NCBI GenBank assembly: GCA_964504195.1
Contig: CAZDDI010000005.1
Coordinates: 1,175-65,174, forward strand
Length of the DNA stretch: 64,000 nt
From: an uncultured Anaerolineales bacterium
GTDB lineage: Bacteria > Chloroflexota > Anaerolineae > B4-G1 > SLSP01
Reading direction: 5' to 3'
Shown: piece by piece, positions 63,712 to 64,000 of the stretch
How positions within the stretch are numbered: position 1 is the first letter of the stretch
How the letters are laid out: every line of letters begins with the position of its first letter
The notes under the pieces: model-generated
The model's input: the letters and a program-made list of their open reading frames with translations, nothing else
Databases searched by the model: none
What the model was told of the DNA's origin: nothing
Made by a program: the position numbers and the translations under genes

Positions 63712-64000
63712 TTACCCTACGATAACCGGCTCCAGCGCGATCAGATCGGCAAATTCATCGGGATGTAATTGTTCATACTCTTTTTGATGAACGATTTGGT
63801 ACCGCCATTCGACCTCGGTGAGTTGCGTGGCGTTCTCGCACCACAGCACAGCAGCGCGATTCTTGGGCGCAACGGTAAGGTCTTCACGGCCTTTGGTTTC
63901 GATGAGATGATGCACGCCGTCGCTGGTGACGGCGACGAAATCCGGCTCGTAATAACGCAGGTTCGCCACGTTGTCGGTATAGGGAATGCTGAAACCGAAA
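63712..64000 (-). CDS. Partial CDS (continues beyond the window): C-terminal PD-(D/E)xK-type nuclease domain
   Basis: YEPDFVAVTSDGVHHLIETKGRE contains PD...E.K. The open frame runs to the window edge, so the N-terminus is missing. Confidence 0.45.
   Translation of the reverse strand, partial: FGFSIPYTDNVANLRYYEPDFVAVTSDGVHHLIETKGREDLTVAPKNRAAVLWCENATQLTEVEWRYQIVHQKEYEQLHPDEFADLIALEPVIVG

Overview
The window is mostly high-GC bacterial DNA with short operon-like gene runs, interrupted by AT-rich islands at about 1620-3590 and 29400-41930. My guess is Chloroflexota-like, based on InlB-B-repeat, NB-ARC/TPR and Tad-pilus content, but the phylum is not certain. From left to right the window holds the following blocks.

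1. A ComEC-like gene, then an AT-rich intergenic island with terminators, a small ORF and a 225-bp MITE-like nested palindrome.

2. Pro-rich hypothetical genes followed by an unusual ~850-bp higher-order tandem repeat array. This is not a CRISPR.

3. A mobile-element-like replication module. It has hypothetical proteins, a RepA/RecA-like P-loop NTPase, an ACAGTG/CACTGT motif cluster, a (TAA)9 microsatellite and a CHC2+Toprim primase.

4. A split STAND NTPase (an NB-ARC gene and a TPR gene joined by an ATGA overlap), an ICMT-family methyltransferase and a 936-aa AAA_16+TPR protein.

5. A 2233-aa secreted beta-helix protein. It carries an in-frame 1551-bp tandem duplication, an (ARISNI)n 18-bp repeat, a C25/caspase-like domain and InlB B-repeats.

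6. A 1320-aa protein with an extremely long Q/E/R/G low-complexity region and a C-terminal HerA/VirB4-like ATPase.

7. An AT-rich cassette encoding an acyl-AMP/ACP ligase, AsnB, a NadE-like PP-loop enzyme, an ACP, two freshly duplicated SGNH-like paralogs and a PlsC-like acyltransferase. It is bracketed by outward-facing IS inverted-repeat tips: a solo IR at 29483 and a complete IS256-like element with a perfect 8-bp target-site duplication at 36929-38532.

8. An LDH/MDH-family gene split by an IS4-family element with a perfect 9-bp target-site duplication.

9. An ~18-kb compound tight-adherence (Tad/Flp) pilus locus with two copies of most core components (cpaB, cpaF, tadB, tadC). It also has four CpaE/TadZ-like genes, three tandem Flp pilins with a G-x4-EW motif plus a fourth long-leader Flp, tadV, at least five TadE/TadG-like pseudopilins, and secreted Cys/Pro-rich proteins. 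It includes a promoter-to-terminator-delimited ~195-nt candidate sRNA or leader and a (CCGTCTA)n heptamer repeat.

The part most likely to be genuinely novel is the IS-bracketed, horizontally acquired acyl-ACP/amidotransferase cassette, a candidate for a new lipid or acyl-amide pathway. Next are the giant low-complexity HerA-like ATPase and the duplicated Tad machine with its regulatory RNA candidate. All functional calls come from motif recognition by eye; no database searches were run.
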